Positions 8,589-23,422 of a DNA stretch of 32,000 nt are shown here, one piece after another. The stretch spans positions 1 through 32,000 of the forward strand of contig JAERTD010000086.1 of the NCBI GenBank assembly GCA_016845175.1. The letters are read 5' to 3'. This DNA comes from Bacteroidota bacterium (GTDB lineage: Bacteria > Bacteroidota > Bacteroidia > Bacteroidales > F082). The notes below the pieces were generated by a model. The model ran no database searches, was not told the origin of the DNA, and worked only from the letters and a program-made list of their open reading frames with translations. Each line of letters begins with the position of its first letter. Within the stretch, counting starts at the first letter, position 1. The position numbers and the translations under genes are program-made.

Positions 8589-10637
8589 TTGTCACCATCA
8601 CAAAAAAGATCTCAGCTTTCATTTTTCTTTATATGGGTGCTACTAGTTGCTTTTCCAGTGCTCCAAAAGGTCCAATGTCAGGACTTTAGCAGGCATCTCA
8701 TTGATTCTGCAGTTAGCTTAAATGTGCTTGATTATTCAGGAACACCTGCTTCAAAGGATGACAGGAGACCTTTGGCTTTCTCGGATCAAGGGGCATGGTT
8801 TGCTTATGGCTTCCCTGATACACCTGATTACCAGGCAGGTTTTACAGGTCCTTATATTATGACTGAAGGAAATGGCGTGTGGTGTAGTCCGATGTTAGGA
8901 CAGCTAAACTTGAAAAATGAGGAGAATGAAAACTGGTTGAATTGGAATGATTTTTCAGTAAGGCAAACCGCTAAGCTGAGCCACCTGGAACAGCTCTATC
9001 AAGGTGAAGAGCTTATTGTAAATCAAAAGTTATTCTATTCATCTGAACAAACGGCTCTTATAATAACAGATATCGTCAATACATCGGATAAAGAAATATC
9101 TCTGACGATCAGTTTTAGCGGTGAGCTCTACCTGCAAAGCCTCCATCTTTCATCACAAGGAAAAAAGCTATTGCTTCGATCCGAGCAATCAGTGGCTCTG
9201 GGACATATTCAGTTATTGTTTGAAAAAGACTATGACCTGATGTATACCGATAGCAGCTATAAAATGTTGGTAGAGCATATTCAACTGGCTCCTTCTGAAA
9301 ATAAGGAGTTTATCATGGCGAATTCTTTTGTGTTTCCTGATGCTAATAGAAATTCGAATCCAGTAACATTAGCTGCTTCGCCTGAAGAAGTGAAAAGAGT
9401 TTTTGATCTTAGGAAAGATGAAAAAGAAGCCCTTCTCACCAAATTGCAAGGGCAGATGGATGAAGAATGGCAGCTGCCTGCACATATCAGTCTTTTGGCA
9501 AAAACTGTATTAACCATGCAGAACAATTGGCGTAGTGCAGCTGGAGCATTGAATTATCCGGGACTTTTCCCCAGCTACCATTATGAATGGTTTCATGGTT
9601 TTTGGGCTTGGGACAGCTGGAAACATGCAGTGGCACTATCGTTTTATGATATTGAGCTGGCAAAGGATCAGGTACGCGCCATGTATGATTTTCAAGAGAG
9701 TAATGGGTTTATACCCGATTGTGTATACCGTGATACCACCATTGAAGCTCACAATTACAGAAATACAAAACCCCCATTATCAGCCTGGGCTGTTTGGACC
9801 ATTTTTCAGCAGGACAGGGACATGGAATTCATAAAGGAAATGTACCCCATGATTCTGAAACAACATGATTGGTGGTATTCCCATCGCGATTATGATGCAG
9901 ATGGAATTTGTGAGTATGGATCAACAGACGCTAGCCTGATCGCAGCGAAGTGGGAAAGTGGTATGGATAATGCCGTAAGATTTGATAACAGTCGCATACT
10001 TAACAATTTTACTAGTGCTTTTTCTCTTGATCAGGAAAGTGTCGACCTTAACGCCTATTTGTATGCTGAAAAACGCTACCTGAGCCATATGGCTAAAAGT
10101 TTGTCTGATCAAGCAATGGTCCAGCGTTTAGAAAAGGAATCCAGGCAATTGAAACTTATGATACAGAATCAATTCTATGACCCTGGCACCGGTTGGTTTT
10201 ATGATACAAATATAAATGGTGATAGTTTGATTATGGATATGGGATGTGAAGGTTGGATACCACTGTGGGCAAAAGTTGCATCCAGAGAGCAGTCAATTGA
10301 AGTAATGAGAAATATGATGGACCACAATAAATTCAATACCTATATGCCCTTGCAAACTCTGGCTGCGGATCATCCCAAATTCAAACCCAATAGGGGGTAT
10401 TGGAGAGGACCGGTTTGGTTGGATCAATCCTATTTTGGTATCCGTGGCCTTAAAAACTATGGATATACAAAAGAAGCAAACCTCTTAAGTAATAAACTCA
10501 TGCAGCATGCCTCTGGACTCATGGAAAAAGGAGTATCCATACGAGAAAACTATCAGCCCATCACAGGTGAAGGAATGGAATCACGAAATTTTAGCTGGTC
10601 TGCAGCCCATTATTTGCTTTTGTTAATTGATAAATAA
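8589..10637 (+). CDS. GH63-like (YgjK / clan GH-G, (alpha/alpha)6-barrel) exported alpha-glucosidase-type glycoside hydrolase
   Basis: The C-terminal ~380 aa carry the pattern I recognise from GH63/GH37-type barrels: FHGFWAWDSWKHAVAL, GFIPD, KPPLSAWAVW, DWWYSHRDYDADGICEYG, WESGMDNAVRFD, DLNAYLY, RGYWRGPVWLDQSYFGIRGL, ENYQPITGEG..NFSWSAAHYLLL. The N-terminal ~300 aa fit a beta-sandwich domain as in YgjK. Signal peptide MSPSQKRSQLSFFFIWVLLVAFPVLQKVQCQ. There is no in-frame ATG near the 5' end, so the start is TTG 8589 (alternative GTG 8637). Confidence 0.75.
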   Translation: MSPSQKRSQLSFFFIWVLLVAFPVLQKVQCQDFSRHLIDSAVSLNVLDYSGTPASKDDRRPLAFSDQGAWFAYGFPDTPDYQAGFTGPYIMTEGNGVWCSPMLGQLNLKNEENENWLNWNDFSVRQTAKLSHLEQLYQGEELIVNQKLFYSSEQTALIITDIVNTSDKEISLTISFSGELYLQSLHLSSQGKKLLLRSEQSVALGHIQLLFEKDYDLMYTDSSYKMLVEHIQLAPSENKEFIMANSFVFPDANRNSNPVTLAASPEEVKRVFDLRKDEKEALLTKLQGQMDEEWQLPAHISLLAKTVLTMQNNWRSAAGALNYPGLFPSYHYEWFHGFWAWDSWKHAVALSFYDIELAKDQVRAMYDFQESNGFIPDCVYRDTTIEAHNYRNTKPPLSAWAVWTIFQQDRDMEFIKEMYPMILKQHDWWYSHRDYDADGICEYGSTDASLIAAKWESGMDNAVRFDNSRILNNFTSAFSLDQESVDLNAYLYAEKRYLSHMAKSLSDQAMVQRLEKESRQLKLMIQNQFYDPGTGWFYDTNINGDSLIMDMGCEGWIPLWAKVASREQSIEVMRNMMDHNKFNTYMPLQTLAADHPKFKPNRGYWRGPVWLDQSYFGIRGLKNYGYTKEANLLSNKLMQHASGLMEKGVSIRENYQPITGEGMESRNFSWSAAHYLLLLIDK

Positions 10638-10638
10638 A

Positions 10639-16801
<6,163 letters not shown>

Positions 16802-16844
16802 ATATGATCTGCCAGCGTTTGGATAGTGTTGGTAGGAAATATCT

Positions 16845-16852
16845 TATCTTTG
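16845..16852 (+). promoter_or_regulatory. Candidate -7 box TATCTTTG (TAnnTTTG) for the lipoprotein gene
   Basis: Exact consensus match, 27 nt upstream of ATG 16879. Confidence 0.45.
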
Positions 16853-16878
16853 ACAGCAAAAATTCATTGTAAAGTTTT

Positions 16879-17238
16879 ATGAAACAACTCACCATTCTAT
16901 TACTTACGGCTGTAGTGTTTTCGGCTTGTAATCCATTCACCAAAGAGAAACCGGAAAAACCTGAAAAGATCAATGTATTCTTCTTCACTTTTAAGGATGA
17001 ACCCGATACCTTAAAAGCCGGTACTACTTATTATATGAATGTGAAAAGCAGCTATTATTCAGCTAAAGAAACCATGGTTTCTGTAAATAACGGAGAAATT
17101 GTGAATAGTGAGGTGGCTGACTGGGCCTTCCAACTAACTCCGGAAAAGGCAGGTCGGGTTCGAATTAGTGTGCATTTTAAAAAGAGAAAAACCGGGGAGA
17201 TGTCTTCAGAATCGGTTTATTTTACGGTTGTGGAATAA
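16879..17238 (+). CDS. Small lipoprotein of unknown function (119 aa)
   Basis: Signal peptide with lipobox MKQLTILLLTAVVFSAC. The mature part is beta-strand-rich (Ig-like/beta-sandwich guess). It has its own -7 box. It sits immediately downstream of the GH2 gene. Confidence 0.7.
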   Translation: MKQLTILLLTAVVFSACNPFTKEKPEKPEKINVFFFTFKDEPDTLKAGTTYYMNVKSSYYSAKETMVSVNNGEIVNSEVADWAFQLTPEKAGRVRISVHFKKRKTGEMSSESVYFTVVE

Positions 17239-17255
17239 GAATGATATGATGGGGT

Positions 17256-20042
17256 TTACAACCATTTCTGCAAAGCCTCAACCAACTCGGGTGGGGAAAC
17301 AGGTTTGGAAATAAATCCCAGCATTCCCGCATCCAGACATTGATTACGGGATTCTCCCAACACATTGGCTGTCATAGCTAGAATTACAGGAGGTTTTTTT
17401 CCAATAGTCCTGTAATGCTCCAGAATCTTTTCCGTGGCCTCCAGGCCATCCATTTCAGGCATTTGTACATCCATTAGAACCAGTTGGTAATCATCTGTTA
17501 TACACGCTTCAAGAGCCTTCGCTCCATCAGCCACTACCACAGGTTTAATACCTAGTTTATTCAGCAAACTGGCCGTTACCTTTTGGTTAATTAAATTGTC
17601 CTCAGCAACCAACACTCTGGCATCATCAAAGCCAGGCATTTCCTGTGCTTCCATTGGTTGTTTGCTCTTTTCTCTTCTTTCCTTACCTATGGCTTTTAGC
17701 AAACTGTTCCATAGCTTTTCTTCACGCGCAGGTTTAAGTAGATAACTGCTGAACAATTCACGCTCCCCGGGTTTAAAACTTACCTTAATGGAAGATAACA
17801 GGATGATGGGTAGATTTTTACCATGCTCAAGTTTTACAAACTCTTTGGCGACCTGAATGCCATCGGTTCCGGGCATCTGCATATCTACTATGGCAAGGTC
17901 AAAAGGCATTTCCTGAACCAATCTAACCGCTTGTTCCGGATCTTCGGTGGTTTCTACCCTGAAGCCCCAAATTAACAATTGGGCAGATAGAATTTTCAAA
18001 TTGGTGACATTATCATCCAGAATCAGCGCATAAGTATTCTTAAAGGTAGTAGCATCTGGTAGCGCTTGTTTCGCCCCCATATCTTTATCTTCCACAGTTC
18101 CTACAGTAAATGAAAAAGTAGAACCCTTACCAACTTCTGAAACAGCCCATATTTTACCTCCCATGAGATGGACCAACTGTTTTGAAATGGCCAGCCCCAG
18201 ACCTGTACCTTCAAAACGACGGGCAATGGAGGAGTCGACCTGTGTGAACGACTGGAATAAACCTTCTATTTTTTCCGGTGGGATACCAATGCCTGTGTCA
18301 ATGATCGAGAATTGTAGTATGAGCTCCTCATTCTGTTCTCCTACTTTTGAAATGATCAACATCACCTCTCCAGACATGGTAAACTTAATGGCATTGTTTA
18401 TCAAATTGACCAACACCTGCTTCAAACGGTTAGGGTCGGTAACTATAAATCTGGGAACATCAGTTTCTTTTCTAAACAGCAACTCAAGATTCTTCTTAGC
18501 AGCGGCGCCCGACAATAGAGTAAAGACCTCTTCCACACAATTCACAAGATCAAATCCTTGCTTCTCCAACTCCATTTTTCCTTGTTCTATCTTAGAAAAA
18601 TCAAGGATATCATTGATAACCGTAAGCAGATTATCGCCACTGATGCGAATGGTTTCCACATATTCCATTTGTTCTTTATTGAGCTTGGTTTGTTGAAGCA
18701 AACCAGTCATCCCTATCACCCCATTCATGGGTGTTCGAATTTCATGACTCATGGTTGCCAGAAACTCAGCCTTGGCTCTGGCACCTGTTTCAGCCTTTAG
18801 TTTGGCTTGTTTGAAATAATATGCGAACCTGTAGGAAAGTATCAAGGATTGAAAGAAGAAGAACAGCAAATAGCCTACAAAATATACATAGGGGTAGGAG
18901 CCAATATATCCCATATAATTTAATATATGCATCACAATGACCACAAACATAATGATGATGCTGATCACAGCATATTTGGACCCTTCACGTTTATTAATGG
19001 CCGCATATATAAATATATAGGTTCCGTAGGCAACATAAGCCAGGAGAATGACAAAGAATGGTGTGACGCTTAGGGTGAATATTCTGGCTGGACTAAGAAA
19101 GGTGATTAAAACGAGAAAGATGGTCAATCCCTTTAGGATATTGGCTGGTAGTTTGGCCGTTTCCTTAGGATATATGGACTGGATAAACAACATAAAGAAA
19201 AAGGCACTTAAGAATAATGTGAGGTATTCAGCCCGAATGCTTATTTCCCAGTTGATGTTGGGCAGAATATTGTGTAGATAGTAGATGCCGGTTCCAATGA
19301 TTCTGTAACTGTACATCAAACAAAACATGGAAAAATAAAAAACGGATCTATCCTGTCTGCCGAATAAAAACAAGCCTAGAAAGAAAAGTCCACCCATAAT
19401 GAGTGATCCAGTCAACAAGAGGTCAATGCCCAACAACATCTCACGGGAATGAAATAACTCATCACTGCTACCCAGCCGAATGGCTTTAGAGGCGCCGCCT
19501 TTGCTGTGATCAAAATTGGAAATCTGAAGAATGAGGTCAATCTCGGTTTCATTGGTGGAAAAAGACCTGGTAATGGGAAGCCAATGTGGTTTTGAGTCTC
19601 CCGAATGTGTACCGACCTGGCCGTTGGAGGAAAATTTCTTCCCATTAAACCAAAGGGTATAAGCAGAGTAAAAATCAGGGACTTGCAATGCCAGAACACT
19701 ATTGGTTGCTTTAATCTTTATCTTCAAATGATAGGTGGCATAGCCGAGTGAGTGGTACTCTTGATTTTCTGAGTTAAGGCTATTCCATAAGTGAGGGAAC
19801 TCCGGGTATGAAGCCGTTATGCTGGTAGGGAAATGACTTGGGCCAAGTAAAGTATCCCAATAAAATGCCCATTCACCTTGCAGATCAAAGCTGCCATCTT
19901 TGTCAAAATCCCAATGTTCTAAATTCAGAAAACCCTGATTTATTCTGGGTTTTGATTTATCTGTGCTTAATTGATTTGCATGCGTAATAAGGCTTATCCC
20001 CACTATGATAAGCAGCAATATATGTTGTTTTGCCCGGCTCAT
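17256..20042 (-). CDS. Hybrid sensor histidine kinase: 7TMR-DISMED2 periplasmic domain + 7 TM helices + HisKA + HATPase_c + two receiver domains
   Basis: N-terminal signal and extracytoplasmic domain with [13 protein letters not shown]. Seven hydrophobic helices lie between roughly residues 205 and 410. H-box [16 protein letters not shown]. ATPase boxes [25 protein letters not shown]1 [22 protein letters not shown]2 [20 protein letters not shown]. No HPt domain. Confidence 0.9.
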   Translation of the reverse strand: MSRAKQHILLLIIVGISLITHANQLSTDKSKPRINQGFLNLEHWDFDKDGSFDLQGEWAFYWDTLLGPSHFPTSITASYPEFPHLWNSLNSENQEYHSLGYATYHLKIKIKATNSVLALQVPDFYSAYTLWFNGKKFSSNGQVGTHSGDSKPHWLPITRSFSTNETEIDLILQISNFDHSKGGASKAIRLGSSDELFHSREMLLGIDLLLTGSLIMGGLFFLGLFLFGRQDRSVFYFSMFCLMYSYRIIGTGIYYLHNILPNINWEISIRAEYLTLFLSAFFFMLFIQSIYPKETAKLPANILKGLTIFLVLITFLSPARIFTLSVTPFFVILLAYVAYGTYIFIYAAINKREGSKYAVISIIIMFVVIVMHILNYMGYIGSYPYVYFVGYLLFFFFQSLILSYRFAYYFKQAKLKAETGARAKAEFLATMSHEIRTPMNGVIGMTGLLQQTKLNKEQMEYVETIRISGDNLLTVINDILDFSKIEQGKMELEKQGFDLVNCVEEVFTLLSGAAAKKNLELLFRKETDVPRFIVTDPNRLKQVLVNLINNAIKFTMSGEVMLIISKVGEQNEELILQFSIIDTGIGIPPEKIEGLFQSFTQVDSSIARRFEGTGLGLAISKQLVHLMGGKIWAVSEVGKGSTFSFTVGTVEDKDMGAKQALPDATTFKNTYALILDDNVTNLKILSAQLLIWGFRVETTEDPEQAVRLVQEMPFDLAIVDMQMPGTDGIQVAKEFVKLEHGKNLPIILLSSIKVSFKPGERELFSSYLLKPAREEKLWNSLLKAIGKERREKSKQPMEAQEMPGFDDARVLVAEDNLINQKVTASLLNKLGIKPVVVADGAKALEACITDDYQLVLMDVQMPEMDGLEATEKILEHYRTIGKKPPVILAMTANVLGESRNQCLDAGMLGFISKPVSPPELVEALQKWL

Positions 20043-20131
20043 TTCTTGTTTTATAGCGAACTAAGATACATAATTTGAAAAGATAATCCTATTAGGATGC
20101 TGTAATCTTCAATGCATTTTAAGGTATAACG

Positions 20132-20318
20132 ACCAGTATATCAGTATTATGGCGTGATTTTCTAAAAAATTGTTTTCCAAAGACATCGAAGTTCATCTCA
20201 TGTTTTTGAAACTGTAGGTGAACATAAGTTTGCAGGCTTAAAGGACTTGCCTATATTTGTGTTGATATTAAGCTATTTCGCTTGTTGGGATTCAGTATTC
20301 ATTTCTCAATACCAGTAT
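20132..20318. repeat. Two pairs of identical 8-mers sharing a CAGTAT core, in the kinase/receiver divergent intergenic region
   Basis: ACCAGTAT at 20132-20139 and 20311-20318. TCAGTATT at 20141-20148 and 20292-20299. The order of the two 8-mers is inverted between the pairs. Confidence 0.5.
20252..20259 (+). promoter_or_regulatory. Candidate -7 box TATATTTG (TAnnTTTG) for the orphan receiver gene
   Basis: Exact consensus match, 96 nt upstream of ATG 20355. The second CAGTAT pair lies between it and the start codon. Confidence 0.4.
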
Positions 20319-20354
20319 CTTAGTAAGCTACTAATAGTTACGACAAACATCAAT

Positions 20355-20756
20355 ATGTCTTTAGATTTTGGCCCTCTGAATGCACTTGATCTCAGCGACA
20401 AAAAAATACTTATTGTTGATGATGATCCTTCCAGTAGAAAGTTGGTTTCAACTATTTTACAGAAAACAGGTGTGTCTGTTATTACGGCTTCTGAAGGTGA
20501 ACAGGCCGTATCCATTTGTTATAAGGATCCTGACATTAGCGCAGTCTTAATGGATATTAAGATGCCAAAGCTTAATGGTTACAATGCCACCATTAGCATT
20601 AAAGAAAAGCTACCCAAGCTCCCGGTGATAGCCTATACAGCCTACGCCATGAATGGTGATAAGGAAAAAGCTATGCATGCCGGTTGCGATGATTACCTGA
20701 CCAAGCCTCTGATCAAGAATGAATTGTTCAGGATTCTGGGCAGGCATCTAAAATAG
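20355..20756 (+). CDS. Stand-alone CheY-like response-regulator receiver domain protein
   Basis: KILIVDDDPSS...VLMDIKMPKLNG...AYTAYA...YLTKP gives the acidic pocket, phospho-acceptor Asp, T/A and K signatures. No output domain. I moved the start from 20247 to ATG 20355 because the 36-aa extension is non-homologous, hydrophobic, and overlaps the promoter box. Confidence 0.85.
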   Translation: MSLDFGPLNALDLSDKKILIVDDDPSSRKLVSTILQKTGVSVITASEGEQAVSICYKDPDISAVLMDIKMPKLNGYNATISIKEKLPKLPVIAYTAYAMNGDKEKAMHAGCDDYLTKPLIKNELFRILGRHLK

Positions 20757-20782
20757 GGTAGGTTGGCTTTCTGCCATCAATT

Positions 20783-23065
20783 CTATTTCCCACCACTTTG
20801 GACGTGTTCCTGTAGATAGCTCTGAAGCAAGTAGGCCAGATGCTTACTGGCACCAGGGATTTCGTAGATACCATGAGAACAGTTAGGGTAGGGCATCACA
20901 TCAAATTTTTTGTTGTGTTTAACCAACTCCATAATAAGAGCCTCCGCACATTGATAATGAACGTTATCATCAGCCGTACCATGAACGATCAGTAAATTTC
21001 CTTCGAGGTTTTTAGCATGAGTGATAGGTGATCCTGCAATATAGTCTTCCATATTGTCTTGAGGAAGCCCCATATAGCGTTCCTGATAGATGTTATCATA
21101 ATAAAGCAGATTGGATACCGAAGCTACTGCCATACCGGTTTTATAGATTTCGGGATACCTGAACATAAGGTTCAGCGTCATGGATCCACCACCACTCCAG
21201 CCCCAAACAGCTATTCTGTCTGCATCGATAAAATCCCATGTATTGATAACTTTGGCGGCCATGGCCTGATCCCGTGAATTAATCTGACCTACCTTTTTAT
21301 AAATGGACTTCCTCCATTCACTTCCTTTTAAACAGGGTGTACCACGATTATCCATCAGGATAACTATATAGCCATTCTGAGCAGTGATGTGGTCACTTAA
21401 ACTTACCCATCTGTCAGTGGCTTGCTGACCCCAGGGCTCTCCGTACAGATAATACAACACTGGATATTTCTTGCTTGGGTCAAAATCTGGTGGTTTTACC
21501 ATATAGCCATCCATATCAATACCATCTTCAGTGGTTACTGTAAAGAATTCGACCGCACCCAAATTAAGTGTCTCCATTTGTTTTTTGTAGGCCTCATTGG
21601 CAGCCAGGGTTTTAATGCTTTTGTTCTTTGGAAAATGAAGCAGTTCGACGGTGGGTGGTGTGGTCACATTGGAATGTCTGTGGATGGCATAATGCATATT
21701 AGGAGAAAAATCATAGGTATTTACTCCACTCTGAGTATCAGGGGTAAGTTTTTTTAATTCACCTGAGCCATCAATACCCACCTGATAAAGATATCTTTGG
21801 GTGGCATTGTCAGGTGAGGCGTTGAAATATATAATGTCATTTTTCTCATCAAGACCATAATAGCTTGCTATATCATAAGATCCGGGAGTAAGGAGTACTT
21901 CTTTATCTCCATCAATTGACCGTTTATACAATTGTCTCCAACCACCTTTTTCAGAAGTCCAGATATAATCTTTAGCATTTTCCAGGAATTCCAGATCATG
22001 CATTCCCCAATGACCCTGAGCTACATCCGGATGATCGATATCAATCCAGGCATCGTCCACATCGGTATACACCTTTTTCAGTTCAGCTGAACCTACATCA
22101 TATAACCAGGTGATTTGGGTGTTTTGTTTGCGGTTGAGTTGCCTGATCAGCAATTGGTTAGTGTTAGCCACCCACTGAATTCTTGGAATATAATGTTGTC
22201 TTGGATCACCGGGTAGATCAATCCAAACGATCTTTTTACTTTCCAATTCGATGAGGCCGAGTTTGGCTGAGGAAGGATCTTCACCAGCCTTCGGGTACTG
22301 AACTGGAATTACATAACTGTAGATTGAATCCGTATTGTTGATCATCAGAAAATCTTTTATTTCTGAGGCATCAAGCTGCCAAAAGGCAATATACTTTCCG
22401 TCAGTACTCCAACGAAAACCATCTCTGCAGGAAAACTCTTCTTCGTAAACCCAATCAAAGGTACCATTGATGATATCATCATTCCCGTCAAAGGTTAATT
22501 GAGTGATTTTCATATTATCCAGGCTCTGCACATAAATATTGTGCCCACTCACATAAGCTATTTGCTTGGCTTCATTGGTGAATTTTGCGAACATCAGAGA
22601 GGAGGTGGGAAGGCCTTCTCCCAGTTTTGATAGGTTTTCTGTTTTGAGGTCATATACCCAATAATCTCCTTTGGTATGTGCCCGCCAAACCCGTTTGGTG
22701 TTAGTGAAAATCAACAGTTTCCCCTGGTCCTCTGACCAGGAATAGGATGATATTCTCAGGGCTTTCTTTTTACCTTCAGGTACAAGTTTTTCGGCAGCCA
22801 CTAATATGCTTTTCTTGCCTGATTTAGTATGGTTTTTGACGATATCTCTGCCGCCTTCCAGGCTTTCTGAACGTTCGAGGGTAGTATAATAATCACCACC
22901 TCCCAGCCAATTATAGCCTCCAAAGCGTTCCTGGCGAAACTCTCCCGAATAGAGCCGCTCTAAGCTCAGCCTGGTGGAATCTGAAGTTTGCTGAGCTATC
23001 AGAGTCAGTGAAAAGTTTAAAAGAAAGAAAATGACAAGACTTTTAATGGTTGCGCGAATAAACAT
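20783..23065 (-). CDS. Dipeptidyl-peptidase IV (S9B prolyl dipeptidyl aminopeptidase), secreted
   Basis: Signal peptide MFIRATIKSLVIFFLLNFSLTLIAQQ. An N-terminal beta-propeller region precedes the DPP4-type catalytic triad: GWSGGGSM (Ser), VHGTADDNVH (Asp), CSHGI (His). DWVYEEEF motif is present. Confidence 0.9.
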   Translation of the reverse strand: MFIRATIKSLVIFFLLNFSLTLIAQQTSDSTRLSLERLYSGEFRQERFGGYNWLGGGDYYTTLERSESLEGGRDIVKNHTKSGKKSILVAAEKLVPEGKKKALRISSYSWSEDQGKLLIFTNTKRVWRAHTKGDYWVYDLKTENLSKLGEGLPTSSLMFAKFTNEAKQIAYVSGHNIYVQSLDNMKITQLTFDGNDDIINGTFDWVYEEEFSCRDGFRWSTDGKYIAFWQLDASEIKDFLMINNTDSIYSYVIPVQYPKAGEDPSSAKLGLIELESKKIVWIDLPGDPRQHYIPRIQWVANTNQLLIRQLNRKQNTQITWLYDVGSAELKKVYTDVDDAWIDIDHPDVAQGHWGMHDLEFLENAKDYIWTSEKGGWRQLYKRSIDGDKEVLLTPGSYDIASYYGLDEKNDIIYFNASPDNATQRYLYQVGIDGSGELKKLTPDTQSGVNTYDFSPNMHYAIHRHSNVTTPPTVELLHFPKNKSIKTLAANEAYKKQMETLNLGAVEFFTVTTEDGIDMDGYMVKPPDFDPSKKYPVLYYLYGEPWGQQATDRWVSLSDHITAQNGYIVILMDNRGTPCLKGSEWRKSIYKKVGQINSRDQAMAAKVINTWDFIDADRIAVWGWSGGGSMTLNLMFRYPEIYKTGMAVASVSNLLYYDNIYQERYMGLPQDNMEDYIAGSPITHAKNLEGNLLIVHGTADDNVHYQCAEALIMELVKHNKKFDVMPYPNCSHGIYEIPGASKHLAYLLQSYLQEHVQSGGK

Positions 23066-23289
23066 AATACAGGGTTTAAGGATTCATTGTAAAAGTACAA
23101 AGTTCGAATGATAGTTAAGACCTCATATTTGGAATAATTTTAGCTATGGTGTAACTGTCAAGGATGTAATGGAGAATTGTGAGCATATGGTAAGAGAAAT
23201 AACCAGTAAATGATCTTCTTACCAAGGATTGTCATTTGAGTAGGAAAGTTCATCCAGTAGGATTCGGGACAATCAAAGGGTAAACAAAT

Positions 23290-23304
23290 TGACTTTTAAA
23301 GTCA
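23290..23304. promoter_or_regulatory. 15-nt palindrome TGACTTT-T-AAAGTCA, a candidate operator in the DPP4/SGLT divergent region
   Basis: Perfect 7-bp arms around one central base, about 120 nt upstream of the symporter start. No other copy noticed in the window. Confidence 0.3.
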
Positions 23305-23422
23305 GGGAAAAACCAGATCAGGTTTTGAACTTTTGTGTAGATAAATGTACAGCTCAAATGTAAAACTATGTTATCTTGCATACCCAATTATCAATAGCTT
23401 AATAAACTAACCAAACAGACCC

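Noticed and set aside
18163-19699. ORFs nested within the histidine kinase gene, on both strands and in alternate frames (18163-18696 at 177 aa, 18558-18800, 19048-19281, 19412-19699)
   Set aside because: They lie opposite or out of frame with the HisKA/HATPase and TM regions, whose motifs are unambiguous on the minus strand. They have no independent support.
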